From a virus (Duplodnaviria > Caudoviricetes), in the IMG/VR virus record IMGVR_UViG_3300026549_000045, positions 32,001 to 96,000 of that record: a DNA stretch of 64,000 nt; one strand, 5' to 3'. The notes beneath the pieces were generated by a model. That model was not told the DNA's origin, searched no databases, and was given only the letters and a program-made list of their open reading frames with translations. Shown here piece after piece: positions 47,568 through 58,613 of the stretch. Each line of letters opens with the position of its first letter. Within the stretch, counting starts at the first letter, position 1. The position numbers and the translations under genes were made by a program.

Positions 47568-50500
47568 ATGCCCCGCACCTCTGTCGTACACTACATAGCA
47601 CCGTCTGCCATTAGCATTACGCCGAACGCCAACAGTTCGGCTAACGACCTTGCTGTCTTTGTGGCCCGTGGTGCGAAAATCAAGGTGTACAGTCAGGGTA
47701 TTGCTGAATTGGGCTGGGAAGACGGCACCTTTCAGGAATGGACGCTTCGTGGACGTAACCGTCGTTTGGTCGACAACACGAAGCCCTACACCATCTATGC
47801 CCGACTGCCGAAATCGAATAAGAAGAACGGCTATCTGGTGTTTGCACCGAAAGACCGTCGCGATGAAGGTTGGCAGGATAGGTACTGCTACGTGACACAA
47901 AACGGCCTGTCGCCACAGTATGTCAGCGGCAAAGGCGGTGCCAGCGTGAGGGACAACACAAACTGGTGGATCAAGCTGGGCGAGGTCAGCCTGCCTGAGA
48001 ATAACCAGCGTACCGTTACGCTCGACACGGGTATTCTGGGCACCGACCAGTACAACAACGACTGGAACCTGAACCCTGACGAATTGCCGCTGCGCATCGA
48101 ACTCGACTGTAGCATCGACGGCAAGGATGCGGGTAACCGCCCCTACGTGGAATGGGGACAGGAGCTGATTATGCGCGCCCGTCTTGTGGAAGGCTGGACC
48201 GACACCGATGTGGCCCGCTTCGACCACTGGGAGATTCGCCGTAATACCGGCGACGATACCGACGATGCCCGCTGGAACGCGCTTGACCGTTCGACAGGAT
48301 TCGGTCGCAACGGCAACATCGCCCTGAGTCATGCCCGTGGTGCGGGCGACGATTTCAACGGTGCGGTATCAACCACCTTTACCATCATTGCAATGGGTAC
48401 GACCGACGAAGGCAGTTCTTCTTCGTCGGATTCGTCGTCTTCATCCTCATCTTCATCATCAAGCAGCAGCAACGACGGCCTTGTGCCTATAGCTGCCACC
48501 ACCCTGAACGTCATGGCCGAGACGGTGGAGCAGTATGCGCTGGAACTTTCTACCAGTGTCGCCTCATACGACCCGACCACAGACGTATATAGCCCCATCG
48601 ACGGCATCAAGGTCTGCATCCGTGCCACCGACCAGAAGGGCAACGTGTTCAAGTTGACACGCGGACAGATGGAGAGTGCCGCCCTGGCCGTGCAGTATGC
48701 GCTGGCCGACAGCGAGGCTTGGACTACGATGGAGTTCAGGGGGGCTGCAACCGAATTGGCTGAGTCTGTGCTTGACATTCGCGTGTTCTACGCCCATCAG
48801 AATGTCAACATGCGCATCGTGAAGGTAGTGCCAAACAGCGATTCCGACAGTTCGTCAAGCAGCAGCTCAGACAGCAGTTCAACATTGGTTGAACTCTACC
48901 GCACGCCCATCGCCTTTGTCCGCAATGGTGAGGATAGCCGTGAGCGAGAATGGATCTACCTGCGCTCTGAAGGTCCGCTGACATTCGGCGAAGACCCCGA
49001 GGGCCACCTGCTGCCCGCCCTGATAAGTGGTGGTGAGGTTGAACCGGCTGGTGCAGCCACCGGTCTTGACACCAACAAACAGCAGGACGGCTGGGTGCCC
49101 GAGGGCTGGTGGGACGAGATGCAGGGCACCGACGATACCTACCATTACGAGTATGGTGCCTACCGCGACTGGATACGCAACGAGGCTTCCGACAACTCTT
49201 CATCGAGTGACAGCAGCTCATCGGACAGCGAGCATTCCGGCGGTCATTGGGGCGAGTTCACCACACCGCGCATCTGGAGCTACTATGCCGAGGATGCCGT
49301 CACCTATCGCTGCCGATGGACGCTCAACGGCGTAGAGGTGTTCCAGCTGAAGGCCGCCTACAGCGGAGCCTTCCGTGGTACGCTGCCGTTGGTGGCCACA
49401 CTGATGAAGCGTGTGGGTAACAACCCAGAGCAGCAGGTAATGGCTACCTCTTCCATCGTCACCGTCAACTTCGACGGACTGTCTGCCGAGTCGCAGCCGT
49501 CACCCTACAACGTCACCAATCCGCAGTTCACCATAGGCAGCGGTGAAGGACAGCATCCTGAGTTCGTTCCGTTCCTTAGCAATGTCGCCCTGAGCGCCAT
49601 CCACATCACCTTCAACGTCGGAGGCGAACCACATGCGTTCAGCATCCCCGTCATCCGCGAGGCCGACGAAGATTCGGTAAAGGACACCATCGACCAGTAC
49701 GGTTCGACGCTGTTCCTCTCCAAGCTCCACGATGACATTGCTGCCGGAAAGATAACCTTCCAGGATATCGCCATGTTCCTGCAGGGGTTGAAGATTGGCG
49801 GTGCCAGCAGCCTTTACGGCATTACTGGCAGCGGCAATGCCTCCTTTGCGCAGATTGTCTTCGACACAATCCTGAAATCGTTTGGTGCCAACCCGAGCTT
49901 CATCGGCGGCAACGGCATCCACATGGATGCGTCCACCGGCCATATCGCCACCGACTCGCTCGATGTGCGCGGCTGGATGCGCATCATGGAGCTGATTATC
50001 AACCGCCTGCAGCTGATGGAAAGCGACTACTCGTTTACCGAGGGCGCTACCACCGAGCACTTCGACATAGACCCCAGCGGCAACCACATGACCGTCACCG
50101 TGCATAAGGAGCACGACAACGACTACCTGCCGTTCTATCCTGGCGACATCCTGTATGCCAAGATCAACGACCTGCTTCCAGCAGGACAGGTGCCAGACGG
50201 TCATACCGCCACAGAACACGGCTCGTACTACACCGTGTGGGTCCGCGTGCTGAGCACCAACATGAACGACAATACGATGGTCATCGTGCCTTACCTCGGA
50301 CGCAATGCCGAAGGGCCGATAGTGCCGGGTGCCGTAAACTTCACGCCGCAGGGAATGGGCATCAGTGGGGCAGGCGCACCCGCAGGCAGCGATTTCTACA
50401 CCTCCTACAACGAGGCACTGCAAGCCGAGTATGCACTATACCCAGACGGCTACGACAAGGCCATCACATTTACACGACACGGCAACGTGGCCGACGGCAT

Positions 50501-51560
50501 CGACCCCGCAACGGGACTGCCATCTGCCAGCATACTGTCTTCGCAGAAGAACCGCCAGCAGGCATGGGTACTGTCTACCACCGACAAGCGTCTGACATTC
50601 TTTTGGAACGTTGACAAGCCAATCGTCGATGAAGACAACTACGCCCTGTGTCTGGGCATACTGCCACAGCTCAGCTGCCTGCCTTACGACTCGAACGGAA
50701 ATCCCGTATGGAACGTAGACATGCCGTCGTTGTTCGTCAACACAATCTTCTACAGCCACATGCACCGCATCAACTGGCCTGCCAAGGTGGTAAAGGAAGA
50801 CCGTGGCCAATGGACGGCTACGCCAAAGGCAACCTATACTGGCGTGACGGGAACGCGGACACCGGACGGCACGCTCGACAGTGCCATAGCTACAGCACTC
50901 GGCTGGACGGGCACGTCGCCACTCTCGTTTACAGAGGGTCAGGAGATTGACGAGCCCTATCACTTCAAGGCCATCACCCGCAACCGCTGGATCAGCATGC
51001 GCCTATCAGCCGCCCATAACAGCCTCTCAGACGCCACCCTCTACAAGAAGATGACGAAGGAGTGGACTGAGGAAAACGACCTGGAGACCAGTCGCGTGTG
51101 GAACTACGGCATCCTTTGGGAATGCACGGTTGACGGCACATCGCAGGAGCCGTGCTGGGGATGTGCCAACTGGCAGGCCATAGGCGGACAGACGCTATAC
51201 GTTGGCGAGATTACAACACCTAACGGACGTGTGTTCCGTAACGGTGACGTCAATACGGTGCTTTCAATGCACGTATGGTACGGACAGGAGGAGATAACCG
51301 ACCGCATTACGCAACTCCAGAACTTCTCGGAAGTATGGAAACGCTATACAGGCTATGATGCCGTTAACGACGAGTTTATACAGCAGAGCGAAGACCTGTC
51401 GTGGTTGCCGACCTCTGCTGGTGCAGGAAAGATCAAGTTGGTACGTGGAGACATGGGTAGCGGATGGATGATTACCTACCGTCAGGCACGCATCGGCTGT
51501 ACTGTCTCGTTCCCTGTTGCAGGACAGGTGATAAATATGCCGGCAGACTATGTGTTCTAA
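47568..51560 (+). CDS. Large tail protein with Ser-rich linkers
   Basis: 1330 aa; FLSKLHDDIAAGKITF, D.L.VRG...ELIINRL; three poly-Ser tracts. Confidence 0.75.
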   Translation: MPRTSVVHYIAPSAISITPNANSSANDLAVFVARGAKIKVYSQGIAELGWEDGTFQEWTLRGRNRRLVDNTKPYTIYARLPKSNKKNGYLVFAPKDRRDEGWQDRYCYVTQNGLSPQYVSGKGGASVRDNTNWWIKLGEVSLPENNQRTVTLDTGILGTDQYNNDWNLNPDELPLRIELDCSIDGKDAGNRPYVEWGQELIMRARLVEGWTDTDVARFDHWEIRRNTGDDTDDARWNALDRSTGFGRNGNIALSHARGAGDDFNGAVSTTFTIIAMGTTDEGSSSSSDSSSSSSSSSSSSSNDGLVPIAATTLNVMAETVEQYALELSTSVASYDPTTDVYSPIDGIKVCIRATDQKGNVFKLTRGQMESAALAVQYALADSEAWTTMEFRGAATELAESVLDIRVFYAHQNVNMRIVKVVPNSDSDSSSSSSSDSSSTLVELYRTPIAFVRNGEDSREREWIYLRSEGPLTFGEDPEGHLLPALISGGEVEPAGAATGLDTNKQQDGWVPEGWWDEMQGTDDTYHYEYGAYRDWIRNEASDNSSSSDSSSSDSEHSGGHWGEFTTPRIWSYYAEDAVTYRCRWTLNGVEVFQLKAAYSGAFRGTLPLVATLMKRVGNNPEQQVMATSSIVTVNFDGLSAESQPSPYNVTNPQFTIGSGEGQHPEFVPFLSNVALSAIHITFNVGGEPHAFSIPVIREADEDSVKDTIDQYGSTLFLSKLHDDIAAGKITFQDIAMFLQGLKIGGASSLYGITGSGNASFAQIVFDTILKSFGANPSFIGGNGIHMDASTGHIATDSLDVRGWMRIMELIINRLQLMESDYSFTEGATTEHFDIDPSGNHMTVTVHKEHDNDYLPFYPGDILYAKINDLLPAGQVPDGHTATEHGSYYTVWVRVLSTNMNDNTMVIVPYLGRNAEGPIVPGAVNFTPQGMGISGAGAPAGSDFYTSYNEALQAEYALYPDGYDKAITFTRHGNVADGIDPATGLPSASILSSQKNRQQAWVLSTTDKRLTFFWNVDKPIVDEDNYALCLGILPQLSCLPYDSNGNPVWNVDMPSLFVNTIFYSHMHRINWPAKVVKEDRGQWTATPKATYTGVTGTRTPDGTLDSAIATALGWTGTSPLSFTEGQEIDEPYHFKAITRNRWISMRLSAAHNSLSDATLYKKMTKEWTEENDLETSRVWNYGILWECTVDGTSQEPCWGCANWQAIGGQTLYVGEITTPNGRVFRNGDVNTVLSMHVWYGQEEITDRITQLQNFSEVWKRYTGYDAVNDEFIQQSEDLSWLPTSAGAGKIKLVRGDMGSGWMITYRQARIGCTVSFPVAGQVINMPADYVF

Positions 51561-51585
51561 TTGAGGATTTAAAACTGAAGATAAG

Positions 51586-52992
51586 ATGATTAGAAGTAAG
51601 ACCAACACAAGCGAACAGACGTTTGATGCGTTTTCGCTGAACAAGGAGATAACCATATTGGGCGGTTCTCCAAGGCAGATGTTCTACACCAACGAACAGA
51701 CCTATGAGGACGACCGTCGCTATGTGCCTTGCATTCTCGGTGGCTATGTATTTGTGAATGACCCTTCCGAATTGATGACAGGCGAGCAGGAGCTGACCGA
51801 CATTGAGTGGTACACACAGATGCCTATCGAGGGCGACTATAACACAGGGCGTATCGTCAACCCTTCACAGTCGGTACTTGACGATGTGGACGTGTACGAC
51901 GAGAATACAGGAGAACTTACCCACGAGGCCGCATGGCGATCCGTTGACTACCTGATTAGCGATGGAAGCAATTCTCCGTGGTGTGCCGACGTGCCTGCAA
52001 AGTGTCTCATTGTCCGTAAGAACGTTCCGCAACTCACGTCATTGCCTATCTATGGCGTGCTGAAATTCCTTAATCAGCACACTGGATTGACCATGCGCGC
52101 AATATGCAGCAAGGACTTCACAACCGAGTGCTACAATACCGATGTGGTGACGATGCGTGGTAACTGCGGCGACGAACTGATGCTTAATCCGCTGTCATTC
52201 ACCGATACAATACCAAGTGGTAAGACCATTCTTGACATACCCTGGACGCGCGTCGTCGGCGCACAGCTGCAGGGTGGAGAGGGTGATGTGGCCGACAACA
52301 AGGCTTGTTACGTGTGGCTGATAGAGGAAAGCAATACCACTATAGCACCTACTGGATGGCGAGAGCTGAACGAGCTGGAGAAGAAAGCCATGAGCATTAC
52401 AGGCGAGCACACCAAGGCACTGTCGCTCGATACACGACTTATCAGAGGCTCTATTGCCTTACGCTGCTATGGATGCCGTCGTGAGGCGGGTGCTGCATGG
52501 TTCAGTCCGTTGACCGATGAAAGCAGCCCGTTCTATCAGGTACGCCTGACAATGGCCGTACCAGGCAGCACGCCAACCTCAAAGCGCAAGCCGAAAGGCG
52601 ATGCAACTACCGCGCAAGAGGAACTGATGTCGCAGGGGATCTTTGACGCCAAGCCTGTACAGGTAACGGGTAATCACCAGACTACCGCTATGAATATTCC
52701 CGTACACTACGATATGGAACTTCGCTATAACGGCAAGCCCGTACCGGCAAACAAGCGTTCGCTTTACATCTTCCACTGGTATGGCAAGAACCTGAAGACA
52801 GGTGCCGAGGTGTTCTTTGGTTGTGGACCAACGCTCGACTTCATTCCAAACCAGTGGGGCTTTACGTTCCCTGACGGCTTTGCTGTATGGGGAAACGTGG
52901 CCGTGCTGACATCCTTCGGTGTGGTGGTTGACGGAACCAGCTATGTGAACGATAGCGACGGAAAACTGGTCATTAGTGGCATCTTTGAGTAA
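51586..52992 (+). CDS. Putative structural protein
   Basis: 468 aa in tail operon. Confidence 0.7.
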   Translation: MIRSKTNTSEQTFDAFSLNKEITILGGSPRQMFYTNEQTYEDDRRYVPCILGGYVFVNDPSELMTGEQELTDIEWYTQMPIEGDYNTGRIVNPSQSVLDDVDVYDENTGELTHEAAWRSVDYLISDGSNSPWCADVPAKCLIVRKNVPQLTSLPIYGVLKFLNQHTGLTMRAICSKDFTTECYNTDVVTMRGNCGDELMLNPLSFTDTIPSGKTILDIPWTRVVGAQLQGGEGDVADNKACYVWLIEESNTTIAPTGWRELNELEKKAMSITGEHTKALSLDTRLIRGSIALRCYGCRREAGAAWFSPLTDESSPFYQVRLTMAVPGSTPTSKRKPKGDATTAQEELMSQGIFDAKPVQVTGNHQTTAMNIPVHYDMELRYNGKPVPANKRSLYIFHWYGKNLKTGAEVFFGCGPTLDFIPNQWGFTFPDGFAVWGNVAVLTSFGVVVDGTSYVNDSDGKLVISGIFE

Positions 52993-53013
52993 CTCAATTA
53001 AAAACGCAGATAT

Positions 53014-53211
53014 ATGTACATTCTTATCGACAGAAAACGATTGCCAAAAGGCAGACATTACGAGCTGATGCCAGACGGACGTGCTATCGTCAGCGGTCGC
53101 GAGGCTCGCATGATGGGTACACTCTCAGGTGTAACCGTAGTAATGAACACGGCAGAGTTGGAGCAGATGCGCCGCCAAGCCAAGAGTAATAATCAAAACA
53201 AGGAGGAGTAA
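53014..53211 (+). CDS. Small hypothetical protein
   Basis: 65 aa, operon packing. Confidence 0.65.
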   Translation: MYILIDRKRLPKGRHYELMPDGRAIVSGREARMMGTLSGVTVVMNTAELEQMRRQAKSNNQNKEE

Positions 53212-53214
53212 CGT

Positions 53215-54456
53215 ATGAATCAGATCAATGGAGGTATCGTCGTTTCAGGTACGATTGACGGTACGACAGTAGTCTACGATGTATTGGCGGTACAAGCTGA
53301 TGGAACACCAACCACGCTTACCCAGTATTATGACGACGCGAAGGTACTGCCTGACTGGCATGAGATATACACCCACGGAACGGCTGCCGACAAGGCTACG
53401 CTCCCGCGTATCATCATCCGTGCCTTTGACACTACTACAGGTGCCGACGTAACAGGGACTATCAATATCACTGGCGTTCACTATGGATTCACAATGGACA
53501 ACGACAATCTGGTTACGTTCGATGCCGACGGCATATCACAGGCTCCTATAGCCGGACTGTTGAAACGCGATACGTTCAACTACAACGGCAAGACCATCCC
53601 CTGTATCATGGTCATCGGAAACCCAGCAGACCCATCGTTCAACAATCCTGATGACGACCGTATATCGTTTGACGGTACAGTAGTGAGCGGTGGCGGTCAG
53701 ATGAGTTTTCACAGCATCGGAAAGGATGTACAGATTCGTCCTATCGTCGATGCCAATGCTGGATATTCGGTAGAGATGCACGTGCCGCTGAATGTGCCGA
53801 AGTATATTATGACCAACGGAAATAATGTCATCCTGAGCACGCAGCGCATCGGCAAGCTGTACTACAACGGCGCTCCCGTTAGTGCTGCAGACATGACAGG
53901 CTATGTATTCAAGTTCTACGACATCACGGGACCGACGGAGGTGGAGCTGAAGAACAGCGACACCGATATCACGATCGGCCAGAGCCTCGTATCAGGCGAC
54001 CTGATTACCATCGGGCCGGAAGCCGTTGACTGCATGCTGACCTTGCGTTGTCGCGTGTTCGATAATACGGGCAAGGAGTTAGCCAGCGGTACCAGTGCTG
54101 TCTATGACCTGTCAGACCCCTACTCGCTCAAGTGGATTGTTGCCGACAGTGCCGCCGGTGCAAACGGCGTGGAATATACCGGGCTGGAGCCTCGTGTCAA
54201 TCTGCGTAGTGGCCAGACCAAGTATTTCATCCCGAAGATTGTCACGGAGAAGGGAGAGATTCCAACAGCGGTAACGTGGACATTCAATGCCGACAATGCC
54301 AATACCGGCGATACGATTACTGGTTTGCCAGGCGTGCCTTCTACATCAGGACAGAGCAGCTGCTCATTGAGTTATAGTGATGTCGTATTGACCGATCCAA
54401 GCGGCAATAAGACACACCGCCCCGTAAAGTTGCACGCCCAGTCGTCGGAGTTCTAA
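53215..54456 (+). CDS. Putative structural protein (Ig-like beta domains)
   Basis: 413 aa, T/G/D-rich; N-terminus GGIVVSGTIDGT resembles the next gene's. Confidence 0.7.
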   Translation: MNQINGGIVVSGTIDGTTVVYDVLAVQADGTPTTLTQYYDDAKVLPDWHEIYTHGTAADKATLPRIIIRAFDTTTGADVTGTINITGVHYGFTMDNDNLVTFDADGISQAPIAGLLKRDTFNYNGKTIPCIMVIGNPADPSFNNPDDDRISFDGTVVSGGGQMSFHSIGKDVQIRPIVDANAGYSVEMHVPLNVPKYIMTNGNNVILSTQRIGKLYYNGAPVSAADMTGYVFKFYDITGPTEVELKNSDTDITIGQSLVSGDLITIGPEAVDCMLTLRCRVFDNTGKELASGTSAVYDLSDPYSLKWIVADSAAGANGVEYTGLEPRVNLRSGQTKYFIPKIVTEKGEIPTAVTWTFNADNANTGDTITGLPGVPSTSGQSSCSLSYSDVVLTDPSGNKTHRPVKLHAQSSEF

Positions 54457-54474
54457 CAAATAATCTAAAAGTAT

Positions 54475-57400
54475 ATGAGAACATCAGGAGCTATAGTCTG
54501 TAGTGGTGTCATAGATGGTACGAGTATAGTGTCTGCTAATGTGTTTTTTGCACTTTCCAATTCAAGCACAAATACACCAGCTGACACGGCATTTACGTAT
54601 GATAACTTTCCACCGCTTAACGCAGGAAACTATGTCTGGCAGGCTACGAAGATTACGGACTCGGACGGTAAGACATCACTGACTGGTAAGATGTGTCTTG
54701 GTCCTACGACTGACTTTTTGTCTGGTACTGAGGTCTATGCCATCAGCACCAGCAACAGCACGGCTCCTGCGGAGAATACGACAAACTGGAAGACCACCTA
54801 CGAGAAGACAAAGGGCTACTATCTCTGGACGGCTACCCGCGTGCAGTACACCAACGGAAACTACGCATATCTGAACAAGAAATGCGTGGGATATTGGGGA
54901 GAAGACGGAAACGGCATACAGAGCGTTGCCCGCACCTATGCCCGCAGCAAGAATAGCACAAGCACCAACGACACGACGGCTCCAAGCAACATTGACACGT
55001 CAATAGGTACAAACGGATGGGCTTCCTCAAGCCCGTCCGTTACCGAGACATATCCTTATCTCTGGGTGAAGGAGGTGGTGACATACACCAAGTCGGAAGC
55101 CACCACCAAGTACTACTGCATAGGTGCGCGAGGTGCCAACGGTGTTGATGCGCAAGATATCGAGTGGGTATATATCCGCACGAAGACAAATGTTGCGCCG
55201 GTCATCAGTGGAGATGGTGGCAGCAGCCCATATACAGACCATAACAGCAAAACGTACACTTCCGACGATCATCTGCCAAAGGTGGTGGCAGGCTCTGGAG
55301 GTTCACTCGACGACATTGAAGATGGCAACAGTGGCAGCAGCAGTAAGAAGTACGAATGTACCGACGATCCGAAAGGCGTTGACTCCACATGGAAGTTCGA
55401 GTGGGAAATCAAGCGTGAGAAGGGTGCTGCAGATGCCAACGGCCATCGTGCATGGCAGGCTTACAGCGGAACCATGACCCTGCATAACAGGTATGTGAAG
55501 GACATTACATCTGCAAACGTATGGTATGCACTTGCGGACTCTGGAACTGCAAAACCAGACAACGATGCGTTCACGCTTGATGCCTTCCCGACAACACTCA
55601 ATGCAGGTAAGTATATATGGGAGGCCACGAAAGTAACCTATTCAGACGGCACTTCTGAGTTCACGGCAAAGATGTGTCTTGGTCCTACGACTGACTTCTT
55701 GTCTGGTACTGAGGTGTATGCCATCAGCACCAGCAACAGCACGGCTCCTGCGGAGAATACGACAAACTGGAAGACCACCTACGAGAAGACAAAGGGCTAC
55801 TATCTCTGGACGGCTACCCGCGTGCAGTACACAAACGGAAGCTACGCATATCTGAACAAGAAATGCGTGGGATATTGGGGAGAAGACGGTGACAATGCAA
55901 AATACATCTATCTTCGAGGTACGGGCCTAAACAACAATGCTGATAGATTATTGAATATAACTTCTAATTCCAACCATTTTGAAACCTATAAGAATAGCCG
56001 TGGGCTTGTTGTAGCAAGAATCAACAGAAGTACTCTCGCCGTATCTGGAATTACTTGGTTTGATGTCTACGGTGGTACGTCGGAAGGAACCGAATCAATA
56101 GCTAACACAAAGACTGCTCGCGCAAAGTTCATCACTTACTTAACAAACACATCAATAGATTATTTCCTCGCCGTTACGTCCTACGATGCTATAGGTATTA
56201 CCGATGCAATGATTGCAAAACTGAAAGAGTTCGGTCTTGGTTCATTGGAACATACTGTAGATGATGACGACCACGGTTATAGAAACCCATTTGCATTCCT
56301 TGGTTACAAAGGGTTGCAACAAGGATATGCCCTTTATCAATTGCAAGGCACAGAGGATAATGCCCCATACGCAGAAGTGATGGCTTATGTTGCCAATGGC
56401 GTATTTATGTCTTCAAAAGATGGAGATAATGCGCCTTACGATGTCGTAACCTACGGACGCAGTAAGAGTCGTGAATCGTATGGATCCAACTATCTTGATA
56501 CCAGCTATGGGACTGACGGATGGGGTAGTACAGCTCCGTCCGCAACATCTACATATCCATATATCTGGGAACGAAGACAGTCGTATGATAAAGACCGCGA
56601 ATTGCAAAATACTTCATACATTTGTTTGACAGGTGCGTCAGGTCCGACAGGCCAAGGTAAGATGGGACGTTTTCTCTGGTATGCCGGCCTGTTGAGTGAG
56701 GTGGGCGGTACGACATTTACAGTCGATGACTATCAAGCGCCTTACGTGAATATCGGCACGGAGGACGAACCGCACTGCTACGCATACGTTGGCAGTAACG
56801 GCAGTAACATCTCATATCCCAGCAGCGCCAGTAGCTACACTCTTTCGAACGGATGGGATGATATGACAACCGAGTTCAAGTATCTTATTGCAAAAGCCAT
56901 TTTCAGTAACTATGCTCAACTGGGAGGCTTTATTGTGAATAAAGATTATTTCCTCTCGCAATATGGTACGCTCATAGCACCAGGAGGTTCAGAGATTACG
57001 ATAAATGCTTCAAATGTAAAAACGAAATATAATCTACCACAATATATTCTTTACGGTAACAATCGGGATGGAGGTAGAATTATTCGTAAGATTTCATTCA
57101 CCGTATCGTCAACAACTGTTATTGGTATTTCGGCTGTTGCCAGCAGCGAAGAAGATTATGATATCGGTGCCGTTGGAGTCCTTGATAGTACAGCATTACA
57201 AGGTACTTCACAGTCAGATATTCGGAATGGTGCTAACTGCCTGACTGTTAATGGTACGAAAATGTATGTCAGTGGTACACAAAAGAAAAGTGTTCAGGTG
57301 ACTGTTAATGCTGGAACTCACTTTTTTTACATTGCCTATGCTAAAGATGGGTCGTCTAAAGACGGTGATGACAATGCCATTTTTACATTCTGGGGTGCAA

Positions 57401-58599
57401 CATTTACAGTAGAGGATGTCAGTGCGTCAGAGGATATGACATCATCAGTCATCATAAAGTCTGTTGTACCATACGCATGGTTTGATCCTTCCGACCCCGT
57501 TGCAGATAATGCCCCAATAACTGGTTATAAATTCAGGCCGACCAAGTGCATCAATGCACTGACCGGTGAGGAATGGAATGCAAGCGGTAATGTTCATACT
57601 AAGCCAAATGGGGATGTGATATTAAAGAGACTTGTACAATTTGGCTCTGCTGTCATTTCAGGAGATTGGCTGATTTCTGTTCACGGTAAAATAAATGATG
57701 TGTTTTATGGCGGTGCCATTGAGAGTCCTGAAAACTATAATGGTTATCCTGCTTACACATATTTCGACCCATCTACACCGCAAGGATATATGGGTTACGG
57801 AACGAACGCTGACGCATCAAGCTTTGACAACAATTCTTACTCATCAAGTAATGCTGTAAAAATAGACTCTTTCTATCTGTCTCCTGGAAGAAAACACTTT
57901 GTGGTAAGTGGTGATTGTATCTCTGGGAATATGTTTGCGGCACTCTTTAAGGGAGGATCGAAGGTTGCTGGTACTGAGGTGAAGTTCACTGCCAATGATA
58001 ATTCAGACAAATCTTTTATAGTGAACATTGAAGGCGGGAACTATGAACTTCGCGCTTATACAGACGGAGGAATGCCATGCAATATTAACGTATTATCCAA
58101 GTACACTTTTGCACCAAACTATTGTTTGGATTTGAAACGAGGCATAGCCTATCAGACAACAGGCGTAATTAGTGGATTCCTGAGAAAGGCGCCAACAAAC
58201 ATCACAACGAGCAATATCAACCAATACAAACGTGATGACATCAAAAACGCAACAGTTCTCGATTTTGACAAGTGTGGCTCGTTTATACGCCTGTACCCGG
58301 GCACATCGACGTATTTCGCTCTGCCACTTCTGAGTTCGGCGTTAAAAGACAGGTACACCCTCATCCAAAAAGATCAGATTCGAGGATTTGTAGGTACGAA
58401 GATTATTTTACACAATCGCTCTAACAGTTCTTGCAGCATTGTCATCAGATACACAAAATATGGCACAGGAGTAAATCAAGAAACATACACTCTTTATAAC
58501 GGCAACTGTGCTGAATTGGAATGCTACATGGATAGAGATGAAAATGATGGTACAGAGATAATATGCTGGAAAGTAAACAAAACAGCAGAGCCTGTATAA
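54475..58599 (+). CDS. Tail fibre / receptor-binding protein
   Basis: 1374 aa; repeated Y(L/V/I)W..T...Y modules, internal duplication, ILEI-like segment. Confidence 0.8.
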   Translation: MRTSGAIVCSGVIDGTSIVSANVFFALSNSSTNTPADTAFTYDNFPPLNAGNYVWQATKITDSDGKTSLTGKMCLGPTTDFLSGTEVYAISTSNSTAPAENTTNWKTTYEKTKGYYLWTATRVQYTNGNYAYLNKKCVGYWGEDGNGIQSVARTYARSKNSTSTNDTTAPSNIDTSIGTNGWASSSPSVTETYPYLWVKEVVTYTKSEATTKYYCIGARGANGVDAQDIEWVYIRTKTNVAPVISGDGGSSPYTDHNSKTYTSDDHLPKVVAGSGGSLDDIEDGNSGSSSKKYECTDDPKGVDSTWKFEWEIKREKGAADANGHRAWQAYSGTMTLHNRYVKDITSANVWYALADSGTAKPDNDAFTLDAFPTTLNAGKYIWEATKVTYSDGTSEFTAKMCLGPTTDFLSGTEVYAISTSNSTAPAENTTNWKTTYEKTKGYYLWTATRVQYTNGSYAYLNKKCVGYWGEDGDNAKYIYLRGTGLNNNADRLLNITSNSNHFETYKNSRGLVVARINRSTLAVSGITWFDVYGGTSEGTESIANTKTARAKFITYLTNTSIDYFLAVTSYDAIGITDAMIAKLKEFGLGSLEHTVDDDDHGYRNPFAFLGYKGLQQGYALYQLQGTEDNAPYAEVMAYVANGVFMSSKDGDNAPYDVVTYGRSKSRESYGSNYLDTSYGTDGWGSTAPSATSTYPYIWERRQSYDKDRELQNTSYICLTGASGPTGQGKMGRFLWYAGLLSEVGGTTFTVDDYQAPYVNIGTEDEPHCYAYVGSNGSNISYPSSASSYTLSNGWDDMTTEFKYLIAKAIFSNYAQLGGFIVNKDYFLSQYGTLIAPGGSEITINASNVKTKYNLPQYILYGNNRDGGRIIRKISFTVSSTTVIGISAVASSEEDYDIGAVGVLDSTALQGTSQSDIRNGANCLTVNGTKMYVSGTQKKSVQVTVNAGTHFFYIAYAKDGSSKDGDDNAIFTFWGATFTVEDVSASEDMTSSVIIKSVVPYAWFDPSDPVADNAPITGYKFRPTKCINALTGEEWNASGNVHTKPNGDVILKRLVQFGSAVISGDWLISVHGKINDVFYGGAIESPENYNGYPAYTYFDPSTPQGYMGYGTNADASSFDNNSYSSSNAVKIDSFYLSPGRKHFVVSGDCISGNMFAALFKGGSKVAGTEVKFTANDNSDKSFIVNIEGGNYELRAYTDGGMPCNINVLSKYTFAPNYCLDLKRGIAYQTTGVISGFLRKAPTNITTSNINQYKRDDIKNATVLDFDKCGSFIRLYPGTSTYFALPLLSSALKDRYTLIQKDQIRGFVGTKIILHNRSNSSCSIVIRYTKYGTGVNQETYTLYNGNCAELECYMDRDENDGTEIICWKVNKTAEPV
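54688..54908 (+). repeat. 221-bp direct repeat, copy 1
   Basis: Matches 55669-55889 with 4 mismatches. Confidence 0.95.
55669..55889 (+). repeat. 221-bp direct repeat, copy 2
   Basis: Matches 54688-54908; offset 981 bp (in frame). Confidence 0.95.
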
Positions 58600-58613
58600 T
58601 GAGATGGCTAAAA

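Noticed and set aside
54688-55889. Tail-fibre repeat as a second TR/VR pair
   Set aside because: The four mismatches (T/C, C/G, C/A, A/G) are not adenine-polarised and both copies are coding
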